Under the pieces are notes generated by a model. The model made no database searches, was not told the origin of the DNA, and saw nothing but the letters and a program-made list of their open reading frames with translations. From the human T2T-CHM13v2.0 reference genome, Homo sapiens, in the NCBI RefSeq assembly GCF_009914755.1, contig NC_060929.1: a stretch of 64,000 nt of DNA, one strand, 5' to 3'. Numbering within the stretch: the first letter of the stretch is position 1; the number at the start of each line of letters is the position of its first letter. A program made the position numbers and the translations under genes. Positions 19,771-41,432 of the stretch are shown here, piece by piece.

Positions 19771-20589
19771 CTTTTTCTTCTTAACACACTCTCATGGTAT
19801 TATGACTTGGAATGGTCTTTTGAGGTTAATTTGATAATATAGGAAAACCCAATTGTTGGCCCAAATTTATAACCGTTTACACTAGTAGTTGATCATGTTG
19901 ACATAATAGTACTAAGTGGCAGAATCTTTGTTAATATTTGTGATTCTCTTTTTGGTTATGGATCAAAAACCTCCCAAGAGTCCACATAAGAGTACTTTTC
20001 ATGCTAGTCAAAAATTCAGTTCTAAAGCATTTCATTATTTTGGAAAAGGCAGTCTGTTATACATCTGTAGTCAAAAAGCAGTGTATAGCTTTCAAATTTT
20101 CTGAAACATTATCAGTGGCCTTAGAGTAAGATTCTGGTGTTGTTAAAGGCTTCTTGATGCTTTGTAAGGTCAACATTTTATGAATAATTTTCTTTTGTAG
20201 TTTTAAGGGGAAAAGACTAGTGGATCAAAACTGATTGCTCATACATTACAACTTCCCAAGTCATTGTGTATCTGAATTGGCAGCCTAGAGTAAATATTGA
20301 ATGGCTCAAAAGACCAAGATTCCCACTAGATAGTAGTACTTAGAATATTATGGTTCATTCCAAGAGCGGGGGCAGTAAATAGATTTTGGAAAGTCTGGCA
20401 AAAGGTAAGAAAACTGCAAAGATTCATGTTGGCATAAATATTAAGGTGCTGAAGTGATAAACTAAATGGTGGTTGCTTGTCTCATGGTAAGAGAACAGAT
20501 TTAGGATTGATGACTTCCCCACTGCTTACCTTTTTAATCTTGGTGAGATTTTACTACACAAATCATGGTTTTGACTTAATACCTTACAT

Positions 20590-21776
<1,187 letters not shown>

Positions 21777-21939
21777 TCTTAGTGTATTGTGGAGGGTTTG
21801 GGACTGTAAAGTATAGGTGAGGAGGTTAATTTGGGAAAGATGATGCATCTGAGACATAAATGAGGGGCTCATGATCCCAGCAACATATTATTTGGATAAT
21901 GAACAGAAGATCTTGGTCTTGCAAGTGATAGAATTCTTG

Positions 21940-22360
21940 AGAATGAGGCTGTGGTAGAATAGAAAGACTAGCTTTGGAGTCAGATTGTCCCTGGTTCAAA
22001 TCCCAGCTCTACAATTCAGTTACTAAGTGTGCAATCTTGGGTAAATTGCATAAACTGTGGGTCTCAGTTTCGTCTTCTATAAGATAAAGGTAGAATCTAC
22101 CTCATGGGTTGCTGTGAGAATTAAATCAAGGTCATACAGGTAAATTATTGCATAGTAGTTGAAAGCACAAACTCGAATCAGACTTGGGTTAAAATAACAG
22201 TTGTGTCATTTAGTATCCCTGTGACCTCAGGAACGTTATTCTCCGGACCTTCTTTCTTTATGTAAAGATTATAATAGTGTCTGCTCACAAGAGTTCTGAG
22301 GGTTAAATGAGATAATGCATGTAAAGTGCTGGATAGACCTGGCAGGTAATGAGTGCTCAC
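21940..22360 (+). mobile_element. MIR fragments
   Basis: ctggttcaaatcccagctctac...tctcagtttc...gtgagaattaaat; gagggttaaatgagataatgcatgtaaagtgc. Confidence 0.7.
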
Positions 22361-23182
22361 AGAATAGTTGGCTACTATATGCCTAGTGCAGTGCATGGCA
22401 GATAGGTGCCCAACACACTTTTGCCATTACACCTATCTATTTGATGTTTGCTCTTATTTTGCCGTAGCGTGTCACTAAGATAGATTTTTTATAGTTTAAG
22501 TTTGTCCCCTTGCTTCTTACCTCAGGCTATCCCAGAACCAGTATTTTTAGTTCTCTTGGATATTAAAGTCCTTTCTATTTTCTCTAGATTTTGCCTTTTA
22601 GGTAATAGTTTTTCTTATTCCTAGTAAGATAGGCACTGCTTTTAAGGCTTCTTTTGCACTCTTAGAAAATGTTTGCTTTTATACTATCCTGGCTTCTCCC
22701 TTTAAATTCATATAAGCATTACCTGAATATTTGCCAAGCTCTGGAGTTATAAAAATATTTAAGATATGTAAATGGAAGAAGCCTGTGTTACAGAATGTGA
22801 GATAAAAAAATACTAAGGCAGGTTTAATGAATACAACAGTAGACATGTTTTCGAGGTTTAGCATAGCTCAGAGCTGGAAACAGTAAACTTCTGTGTTTGG
22901 GAGGGATATGGAGGAAGGTTGTAATGCATGTTTTAAAGTTGAATGTCTGAGTTGGCATTTGAAGGATGACTAGGGGCCTTTTGGTGTCTGGGGCGTTTCA
23001 GGCAGAAGACATGGCATTGCTAAGGCATGAAGGTTTGTGAGGGGTAAGTGGGAATTAGGGAGATCCAAGATGATACTAAGGAGGTATACAGAGATCAAGT
23101 CAAACTCAACTTACTTGTTTTGTAAATGAGCCTGGGTTTCCTGTTTCCAAGGGTATTGAGATGAACAAGATATAGTTTTAGG

Positions 23183-23480
<298 letters not shown>

Positions 23481-23536
23481 GATACAGTTTTAGGAACATG
23501 ATGTACTTGTATTTCTAGGACTGTCACTTTGGACGG

Positions 23537-23914
23537 TATATTTAGTACATTCTTGCACTGCTATAAAGAAATGTGTGAGATTAGGTAATTTATGAAGAAA
23601 AGGGGTTTAATTGGCTCTTGGTTCCACAGGCTGTGCAGGAAATGTGGCTGGGGAGGCCTCAGGAAACTTAAAACCATGGAGGAAGGTGAAGGGGAAGCAG
23701 GTAGTCTTCACGTGGCCAGAGCTGGAAGAAGTTGGGGTGGAGATGCTACACACTTTTAAACAACCAGATCTTGCGATAACTCACTTTCTGAGACAGCACC
23801 GAAGGGGAAAAGCCACCCCTGTAATCCAGTCACCTCCCACTAGGCCCCACCTCCAGCACTGGGGATACAATTTGACATGACATTTGGGTGGGAACACAGA
23901 CCCAGACCATATCA
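23537..23914 (-). mobile_element. MSTA-like ERVL-MaLR solo LTR
   Basis: ctgctataaagaaat...ggtaatttatgaagaaaa...cagaccatatca; near-identical 5-bp flanks gacgg/gaccg. Confidence 0.8.
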
Positions 23915-24081
23915 GACCGTATCTAGGATGGATTAGAGATGGGGAGAGTGGTGGAGGAAAGACTATGGGTGTGAGACTGTTGGAATAGCTCAGGTAAGAG
24001 CTGAGGGAATTAAGGCAGAGTGGGTGAGAGATTTAGGAAGTAAAATGGGCTAGAGTTGGAGACTGGATATGAAGACTGTGA

Positions 24082-25680
<1,599 letters not shown>

Positions 25681-26000
25681 TTTTGATACCTTGGTGTTTT
25701 TTTTTTTTTTTTTTCACTAGCTACTCTTTGTTAAATTCCTCCTATGCAATTCATATGGTTTGCTTTGGGAGATTATCACGGGGTTCTGATACCAAGATAC
25801 CTGCCATAGTATCATCAGCAATTTATAGTAGTCTCAAAATGTGTAGTTATGATTTAAGTTTTGCCTGTTAGTCAAGAGTAGTTATCTTTTGCAGAAGCTT
25901 TTTGTTGTTGCTGTTTTTTGTTTGATTTCCTACAAGGAAAGACTAATGATAGACATTTGCCACTAAGGACAGCTCCTAAATGAGGTTTATCGTCTGTAAA

Positions 26001-26002
<2 letters not shown>

Positions 26003-26041
<39 letters not shown>
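26003..26041. repeat. Poly-T run (39 nt), tail of a FLAM/FAM-like Alu monomer
   Basis: Direct; flanked by the TSD-like tc(t/c)gtaaac. Confidence 0.85.
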
Positions 26042-26045
<4 letters not shown>

Positions 26046-26674
26046 GATGGTGTTTTTCTGTGTTGCCCAGGCTGGAGTGCAGTGGCTATTCACAGGTGCA
26101 ATGATAGCACGCTATAGCCTCAAACTCCTGGGCTCAGCCTATCCTCCTACCTCAGCCTTCCGAGTAGCCAGGACTTCTATCCGTAAACTTTTAACTGGCC
26201 AATATGTGAAGGAAACCTGACTAGAAAGAGAAACAAACAAATGTGATGACATTGGGAGGCAGCAGATTTTGGGTTTGAAGTGAGAGTAGAAGTGCCTTAA
26301 CTGAATTGAGGCTGCGAGAAAGGCTTGTGACTATCGTCTAATGGAACTAAGTGGGTTTGTTTATACTAGAGGCACAGGCACATATTTTTAATTTGTAGAA
26401 TTCAAATCATACACTTGGCAAAACAGCAGGCGAATATATTAAAGAATGTGGTAGGCCTGCCATCTCAGTCATAATTGTAATTTGAAATTCCAGAGTATGT
26501 GTATTTAAAAATAGCATTTATTAAATTATTGTCTTTATATGACATTTAAATGTTCATTATCTAAAAGTTTTAATATACCTATAAATGAATTGTCATTTAG
26601 ATTGTATTCAAAGAGGGACTGATTTTTGGGTGAGTGTCTTTTGGGGCTTTTTGTTTTGTAATAATGGAAAATAG

Positions 26675-27790
<1,116 letters not shown>

Positions 27791-28442
27791 GCTCCATTTT
27801 TAACATATCACTGTTTTCCTTCTTCCCTTTCCATCAAAAGCATGGCTTGGAACTCATTTCTCTTAATCTGTTTTGAAATTTGTAGTTTCATTCAGCTGTC
27901 TTCTCTTGTAATGTGTGAAAATTATGAACTGCAATAAAGACAGGATCTTTGGAAAGATGAGTTGTATTGTATTTTAGTCTACTTGTGAAAGCTGTGGATT
28001 TCAGAATGGTCTTTGAAGAATACTCAGCAAAACTTCATTATTGTTTTGTTTAGTCTTGCTTTGTGTAAGGCATTCATGGTTCTGGTTTTGTGAGAAAACA
28101 GCTTGTGAGCAGACCCACTGTGGAGGCTAGGTGGGAAGGAGGTGGGTAACATTTAACTTAACCTTGAATTATAGATAGAATTTCAGTGTGAAAATGGTAT
28201 CACTAAATGCTTGGAGATAGGGAAGAGTGGAGCGTATCTGAAGGATGGCAGTTTGTCTGCCAGTTGCATCAAAAGATATAGAAGGAAATATTGGGACAGA
28301 AGTCTGGAAAGGTGGAATATTTTGAATTCTCAACTGCGGAGTTTGAATTCTTCTCAGCAGTAGAGATCTTAAAGGGGAAGAGAAGGGATGATATAGAATC
28401 ATCATTTTAAGTGGGTATAGGACCAGAAATCATTACAGCTAA

Positions 28443-30295
<1,853 letters not shown>

Positions 30296-31000
30296 TCAAG
30301 TCTGCTTCACAAAGAGCTTGTTTTACTGAATTTTGCAGTGTAATTAGGACTTGGCTTTAGGAAGAATAATCTAAGTGGTATTTAGGTTAGTTGTAATCCT
30401 AAAAGCATAAGTACCAATTAGAAGAGGCCATTGTAATGGCTGAGGAAATGAGAATTAAAGTCCTAAATTAGAGTGGTGGTAGCAAAAATAAGAGAGTTGT
30501 AGTGTGAGTGCATGGTTTTGAGGTTTTTGTTTGCTTTCCAGTTGCTTAAGCTGTAAGATCATGCATTTCTTATTTATTCTTTATTCATCGTGCCTGGCAG
30601 AGTGCTTGTCACATTGAAGGTACTCAGTAAATATTTGTTGAATAAATGATTCTGTAAAGAAAACTTCCTTAAGAAAGCATGATTCCACTGTACTGAATTG
30701 CTTTTGGATTTTTTTTCTATGAAAACCTGATTTTGGTTGTGAAGAAAAAAATAGACCAGTTCATTAGCGTAATTTGCTAGGCATTACACAAGACATTGGG
30801 AGATACAAACTGTTTAGAGGTGATATATGCTGTGGTAAACGTATGGTGTGCATGCAGAGTGGGGAGTACTGAACTTGTTTCCGTGTTGAGGAGGGCTTAC
30901 AGAGGCTGTAACATGTCGTCTGAGTTCCTGTGAAGAGAAAGTAGGAGTTTAGGATGAAGGTTGTCTTTGATAAAGAGATTAGCATGTATTGAAAGACTTA

Positions 31001-31243
<243 letters not shown>

Positions 31244-31746
31244 TCAAAGTCTTAGAACTAGGTTTCCTCTAATTAGGACATTGTAGGGTAGCATGTGTCA
31301 AAGGGCTGGAGATAAGTGAGAAAATAGTTAGCTAAGTTGAGGTAGTAGAGGACTTTGAGGTTTGGACTTTAGGCAGGCAGGCAGGGCCATCTAAAGTTTT
31401 AATAGGAGAGTGGCATGAGCAGGTGCATATGAGGAAGGTAATCGATGGCAGTGTGGGGAGGATGTGTAATAGTTGAAGTTGAGAAATGAGGAGGGTCTGT
31501 ATTAACTTCAGTGGAAGTAGATTGGCATGAAAGTTAGTGTCACTGCCTTTTCATATGCGCCCTAACTTACAGTAGCTCTAAGGAGCCTGATTACTAAAAA
31601 AAAAGGGGGTCTTTCTGCACGTGAGTTTATTTCTTCCTCCTTACCTCCCTTCCTTTCCTCTGTTGCTCTTTGTTTTCTCCTTTATGGTTGGGAAAAGAAG
31701 TAAAGCACAAAGAATGGAGAAGAAGAAAATGTGAAAAGCATAGTAA

Positions 31747-32289
<543 letters not shown>

Positions 32290-33402
32290 TGATCCGCCTG
32301 CCTTGGCCTCCCAAAATGCTGGGATTACAGACGTGAGCCACCGCGCCCAGCTCCAAAGTGCTGGGAAAATTCAGGATATTATCTTGTCAGTTAAGATTGC
32401 CTGTAACTCAGTCTCATTTCCCTTGAAGAAAATCTGGCCCACTAAAATAAATAGTTAAACGTCTGAGAGGCTTTTAACAAAAAACCACATTTTTATACCT
32501 GGTCAGTGTAACATCACGCAAATCACTAATGTAAACATGAACTAGGTGTTAAATGTCTTCTCTCATTGTCCATAAAATTTTTTTTATTGCTGATTTGTGG
32601 ATCCAACATAGGGATCATTCATTGCATCTGATTATATTCCTTAATTCTCTTCAAATCTAGAATAGTGCTGACACCAGTTTGTTGAAGGCAACAGGCCAGT
32701 TTACTTGCAGAAAATCCCACATTCTCATTTTATCTGATTGCTCCTTTGGTGTCATTTGGCCAGTTCCTCTAGTTTTCAAATCAAGGTGTAAACATTACTG
32801 ACGTGTGTTTCATACTGCACCACATCAAGAGACCCCAATATCTGGTTCTTCCTCCATAGTATTGGTAAGATTGGTGAAGGGGGTAACAATTTATTCCTCC
32901 ATTAAACGTTTTCTACCTTATGATCAGAAAGTAATCTATGTAGAATCTGTGTAGTGGTGGCTTTTAGCATTTCATTAATGCCAATATTCATCTAATGCTT
33001 TTAACCCAGTATAATCCTTTTTGTTTTTTCTAAGGGTTTCACTCCTTTCGCTCAGGCTGGAGCGCAATGGCGTGATCACTGCCCACTGTAGCCCCGACTT
33101 TCCTGGCTCAGGTGATTCTCCCATCTCAGCCTCCCAAGTAGCTGGGATGTACCACCATGCCCAGCTAAATTTTGTATTTTTAGTACAGACTGGGTTTTGC
33201 CATGTTTCCCAGGCTGATCTTGAATTCGTGGGCTCAAGCTATCTGCTCACCTCAGCCTCCTGCAGTGCTGGGATTACAGGCATGAGCCACTGTACCCGGC
33301 CGTTTTTATAATCCTTGAATAATGTCGAATGGGAATTATAAAATGATGTTGCTTGAAAAAAATTCTTTCATACTTAATTTATTAGCTATCATTGTTTTGT
33401 AA

Positions 33403-33695
<293 letters not shown>

Positions 33696-36084
33696 TGAGC
33701 TACTGCGCCTGGCCGAGTAGACCTTTTCTTAAACGAGGGCTGTTTGATTACACTGAATCCAGTTGCTGCTGAGGTGTAACCACTTAAATCTTTCTTTTTA
33801 GTTACGTGTCTCCATATTGTAATAGCTGCTTCAGATAGTGACTGACTTGCAGTCCATATGCTGTCTCTTCCCCCATCTCCCCCTCTCTCCTCGTCTTGAT
33901 TACTATAGTAGTTTCGTCTTTTACATCATTGCCAGCTCTTTTTTTGCAGCACAGAAAGGATTATGTTATCTCTCTTTTGTTTTGGCTTGATTTTTTGAGG
34001 TTCTCATAGATTTGTATTGATTCAGTGTGTTTCATTTCATTGTGATTATGATTCTTACTGCTCAAATGGTCATAGTTTGTCCTGTGAGGACCCCTTCTAG
34101 CTGGCTTCTGTATCATGTTGACATGATGACTCCATTAGACTTAGCTTTTTGGCACTGAAAGATGTCCCAGGCTCATTTTATACATTTCCTGCCCATCTTT
34201 TGATTGGCCATTTTACAAAGAACTTTGCTTTCTTGGTATTAGAGCTTGAAATTGAGAGTTTAGGAGTGCCATTATTCCGGAGATAATATTACTTCTGCAA
34301 CACTTCAGTAGATAGAAATAAATTAAATCACAAGTCTATATTGATATTCTCAAGCCAGTTTTAGTATTTGTGTGTGTGGGGGGGAGGAGGGAGTTGATGG
34401 GGGAAGGGAGAGACAAGGTCTCACTCTGTCACCCAGGCTGGAGTGCAGTGGTGTGATTGTAGCTCACTGTAGCCTTGACCTCCCAGGCTCAGGTAGTCCT
34501 GAGCCTCAGGTGGCATGTGCCACCACACCTGGGTGATTTCTTTTTAGTTTTTGTAGAGATGAGGGAACTCCCTTTGTTGCCCAGGCTGGTCTCGAACTTC
34601 TGAGCTTGAGCAGGCCTCCTGCCTTGGCCTCCCAAAGTGCTGGGATTACTGGTATGAGCCTGGCCAGTGTTTCCGTTTAATTTCCTTGATTTATAAACGC
34701 GCTCTTTCTCTGAAAATCTTGGTTCCTTTTAATTTAACTTAATTTAGTTGTTTAAAACATTTTCTTGTAGAGACGAGTTCTTGCCATGTTGCCCAGGCTG
34801 GTTTCGAACTCCTGGGCTCAAGTGATCTGCCTACCTTGGCCTACAAAGTTCTGGGATTACAGGCGTGAGCCATATTGTCCAGGTTGTCTTGGGTTCCTAA
34901 GATGAAGCTAAAATGAGCTACTGAGAGACCAACTTTCCAGAGTTTATTCAGGAATAGCAGGGAATTGTAATCAGGGACACGTGTGCTGTAAGGAATCGTA
35001 GGTGCATCCAGAGAGGTTGGGGTAAGAGGAAACTTTTAAAGACAAAGAGGAAGTCCAAGTAAGTTGTTTTGAAACAAAGACTGTTGGTTACAAGGGCTTA
35101 TTGCAGGAGTTGATGTTGGTTCATTGGTAGAGAAAGCTGTGTCAGGCAATTGTGCAAGCAGGTTATCTGGGACACTGCCATTTTGAGGAATTCCTTGCAT
35201 AGTGAGGTCTCCATTTGGTTAGAGCTTGACATTAGTCACTCCATTTTGATACTGATAACTTTTGCATTAATGTCATTAACAATGTGATAATGAGTACTTA
35301 TTTAGCAAAAGTTCGTGGGCTGTATGTTTCCTTAGTAATTGCTCATCTGGAAAAAGTCCTTTCATCTGGCCAAGTGTTAGAATATAGAATATTTTTTAGT
35401 TCAGGTAAAATTTACATAAAATGCAATGTACATGTACACCTTAAATGTATAATTTGAGTCTTGATAAATATGTATATCCATATAAACCATACACCAATTA
35501 ATATATTGAATATTTCCATCACTATAGGGGCAAAATGTTCTGATTTTTATCGCCACAAATACATATAAATGGAATCTCTTGGGTCTCTTATTTAATGTTT
35601 GAGATTCATTCATATTTGTGTGTATCAGTTAATCGATTCTTTTTTTTTTTTATTGTTCAGTAGTATTTAGTGGTGTCAATATGTTAAAATTTGGTTATCC
35701 ATTTGCTTTTTTTTTTTTTTTTTCCCTGAAAAGGAATCTCGCTCTATTGCCTAGCTGGAGTACAGTGGCTCAATCTCTGCTCACCACAACCTCTGCCTCC
35801 TGGATTCAAGGGATTCTCCTGCCTTAGCCCCTTGAGTAGCTGGAATTATAGGCATGTGCCACCACATCCAGCTAATTTTTGTATTTTTGGTAGAGACAAG
35901 GTTTCACCATGTTGGCCAGGCTGGTCTTGAACTCCTGACCTCAAGTGATCTGCCTGCCTCTGCCTGCCAACGTGCTGGGATTATAGGTGTGAGCCACCGC
36001 ATCCAGCCTATCCATATACTATTAATGAACATTTAGATTTTCAGTTTTTGGCAATTATGAATAAAGTTGTTATGAACAACTATA

Positions 36085-37340
<1,256 letters not shown>

Positions 37341-37429
37341 TACATATCTTTTGGGGTGTGTATATTTTCATTTCTTTTGGGTAAATACTCAAAGGTATAT
37401 GCGCTGACTTACAGACTGAGTAATTACTT

Positions 37430-38540
37430 TTTTAAAATAGTTTCAAGTTTTATTTTAGATCCAAGGGGTACATGTGCAGGTTTGTTACATGGGTATATTG
37501 TGTGACATTGAGGTTTGGGACATAAATGATCCCATCACACAGGTAGTCAGTACATTCTCAGCCCTTGCACTCCTTTCCCTCTCCTCCCTCTAATAGTCCC
37601 TAGTTTTATTGTTCCCATGTTTGTGTCCATATGTACCCAGTGTTTAGCTCCCACTTACACAGTATTTGGTTTTCTTTTCCTACGTTAATTCACTTAGGAT
37701 AATAGCCTCCAGCTATATCCATGTTGCTGCAAAGGATATTATTTCATTCTTTTCTTGTGGCCATGTAGTATTCCATGATGTATATGTGCCACATTTTCTT
37801 TATCCAGCCTACTGTTGATGGCAGCTAGGTTGATTCCATGTTTTTGCTATTGTGAATAGTGCTGCAGTGAATATACCAGTGCATGTACCTTTTTTGTAGA
37901 AAGATTTATTTTTCTTTGGGTATAGAACCAGTAATGGAATTGCTGGGCCAAACGGGTAGTTCTGGTTTTTTATTTATTTATTTTTATCTGTCTGTCTATG
38001 TATCTATCTGTCTATTGAGACAGAGTTTCACTCTTATCACCGAGGCTGGAGTGCAGTGGTGTGATCTCAGCTCACTGCAAACTCCATGTCCTAGGCTCAG
38101 ACGATCCTCCCAAGTAGCTGGGACCACAGGTACATGCCACCATGCTGGCTAATTTTTGTATTTTTTTTTTGTAGAGATGGGGTTTTGCCTTGTTGCCCAG
38201 GCTGGTCTTGAATTCTTGGCTCAGGTGATCCGCCCTCGTAGGCCCCCCAAAATGCTGGGATTGTAAGTGTGAGCCACTGGGCCTGGCTTAGTTCTATTTT
38301 TAGTTCTTTGAGAAATCTCCAAACTGTTTTTCACAATGGCTAAACTAATTACATTCCCACCAGCAGTGTATAAGTGTTCCCTTTTTGGGGCAGCCTCGCC
38401 AGCATCTGTTAGTTTTTATCTTTTTAGTAATAGCCATTCTGACTGGTGTGAGATGGTATCTCGTGGTTTTGATTTGCATTTTTCTGTTTAGTTATGTGGA
38501 GCATTTTTTCATGTTTGTTGGCTGCTTGTATGTCTTGTTT
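37430..38540 (-). mobile_element. L1 3' end (L1PA/L1PB-type), interrupted by an Alu
   Basis: ggggtacatgtgcaggtttgttacatggg...ccatgttgctgcaaagga...acattcccaccagcagtgt. Confidence 0.85.
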
Positions 38541-38659
38541 TTTGAGACAGGGTCTCACTCTTGCCCACGCTGGAGTGCAGTGGTGTTATCTCTGCTCACT
38601 GTGGCCTGGACCTCCTGGGCTCAAGTGATCCTTCTGCCTTAGCTCCCAAAGTAGGCTGA

Positions 38660-39110
38660 GGTGGGAGAGGGCATGGAAGCTCTGCACCCCTGCGCTGTTC
38701 CTCACCCTGTATACAACTTCATCTGTCTGTTCATCTGTATACTTTACCATATCCTTATAACGAACCAGTGAATGTGTTTGCCCGCATTCTGTGAGCCGTT
38801 CTAACAAATTAATCCAACTCCAGGAGGGAGTGTTGGGAACCCAGCTTTATAGCCGGTCATCAGAAGTGTGGGTGATGACCTTACTTGTGTCTGAAGAGGA
38901 GAGGGGCAGTATTGTGGGACTCAGCCCATAATCTCAGTGGGATCTAACTCCAGGTAGATACTGTCAGGATTGAATTGAGCTATAGGACACTCAGGTGTGT
39001 GGTATATGCTGGAGAATTGCTTGGTGTGTGGGGAAAAACCTTCACACATCTGGTCACAAGCGTTTGTGTTAAGTGTGAGCATAGAGGAAAAACAGTTTGT
39101 CTTTTACAGT
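38660..39110 (+). mobile_element. MER21-type LTR fragment
   Basis: gagagggcatggaagctctgc...ggattgaattga...cacacatctggtcacaag. Confidence 0.65.
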
Positions 39111-41243
39111 TGCTTCTCAGGTACCCCTTTTCTTTTCCCCTTAGATGTTCATTTTGAAGGTTAAGTAGAGATGGCTTTTCTTTTGCTTACTGGGGTGGGG
39201 CAGGGGGTTGTGGCATATCTGCTGGTTAGGGGCTGTTAGGATGGGTGGATTTCAGTTCTGGTTTTTACTATTTTGTAACTACAAATCCTTTTCCCAGGGG
39301 CACACTCAAATGTTTGATTGTCCCTAATTTCACTGAACATGTTTGATTCCTGACTGAAAAATAGACCAGAGGCTCTCCCCCTTTCTTAGGGTTCTCTTTT
39401 CAACAACTATTTCTTTTCACCTCTCTCCTAACCAGAGGAGGTTCAAATATATTTAAGTGCTTTAAATGTAACTTTTTCTGCTTGGTCTTTGTGGGTATCT
39501 TCATTCCAGTTGGTTTTCTTCACTTTCATTTCTTTTCACTTTACTTCATATTCTGCTAAGTCTCTTATAACCCCTCACTGTGATTCCTATCCCCAGCTCC
39601 CGCTAACCCCCAGCATTTCTGCAAGTGTGAAGTAGACTGGATTCCTGAAGGTTTTTTTTCTCCCTCTAGATTCTGGCAGACATTCAAAGTTTATGGTATA
39701 CGTGCAGGCCGCTCTTTAAATGTTCCTGGATAGTCTTTTCATGGTTTGTAATTCTGCTTTGCACCACTAACTTTCCCAGGATGGCCATAGGTTTTGTATG
39801 TTTAAGCTGTTTCATAAGCAGATCTGAAAGCATGTCTTTCTAATAAATACAAGGAATGTTTTGTGTTTCTTTAAGTGAAATAATTATTCTAAGATCATGA
39901 AAAAGTGCTCTGAGAACCGAAACAGGTAGAGATTTTTGTTTGATTGTGCCAGGATCAGTAGTGATGTCTGGCATTTGATTGGTAAGATGTTAACTAGTTA
40001 GGTGCTATATGCCTGCTGACTCTTGACTCTGGCCTAGCTATTTTAAAAAAAATTCTTTTGTAATTCTTGAAAGTTTTCAGGTGTTTTTTGGAATACTTTT
40101 ATTATTTTAGGTAGTAATCTTCAGTGACATACTATACTTTTTAGAGAGCAAGAAGTACTTGTTGATTTCACAGCCTTGGGAAAGATCCTAAACTGCATGT
40201 ATTCCTATATCCTTTCCTTTACCTAATCTGCAGTGCTATACTTTGTTAGACTCCCAGAAAAATGGATTGGGTTTTTCAGTGGGCATATGTCCAATTTGCT
40301 ATGTTTCTTTTATTCTAGCCTTTTTTTTTTACTTCCTAATTCTCAATCTCAGAGATTTGGAAAATAGAGAAGCACTGAAGAGATCTTCAGTGCCTTGGGG
40401 CTTAAAATGATGAGTACTTTAAATTTTAAGACAGCCAGTCTCACAATACGAAAAACCAAGAAAGGGAATGGTTGGCTGCCTAGGTGGAAATCAAGACTGT
40501 TTGATAGAATGACCACAGGTACAGGGCATGGTTTTCAGATTTCTTAGTCCAGTAACACTTCCTGAAGTATGATCAAACTGAACATTGATTCACACTAAGC
40601 TTACATGAGATTGATAAATCAGACTTCTGAACTTTCATCAATAATTCTAATGATTAATAGGACAAAAATACTAATCTCAGCTGGTCAGAGCAATTTCTTA
40701 CCATTATTAAATTCTATCTGGGAAAGCTAATGAAGATCAGATAGTTACTTTGTAAGTGGAGTCTGGTCAGAACAGTGGCATTTAGGTGATCTTAAGGGAT
40801 GCTGTCATCAAGCTCTGGTAGCATAGAACAGAGCATTTTATATTTTCTAGGTTATTACTGATACATGCGTGTCATTCAGAAAGAGCACTTTCCTTACCAT
40901 ATGGTTCTCTAGACAGAAGGAGCACTTCTTTGTGTTCTTTTGTATTGAATATTTTTTTATCCGTCTAAAAACAGCAGTTATTATATTTCTATATTGAAGA
41001 AACTAACGTATAAGACCAGTTTGTTTTATCTCACCATTTATATTCTTAAGAAGCTTTTTAGGATTACTTACTTCCTTCTGTGCTTTGATTAAACAGTCAA
41101 AACCCATTTCTATGTTTGAAAAGTAGGCCGGGTGCGGTGGCTCATGCCTCTAATCTTAACACTTTGGGAGGCTGAGGCAGGTGGATCGCATGAGCCCAGG
41201 AGTTTGAGACCAGCTTGGGCAACATGGCGAAAACCAATCTCTA

Positions 41244-41432
<189 letters not shown>
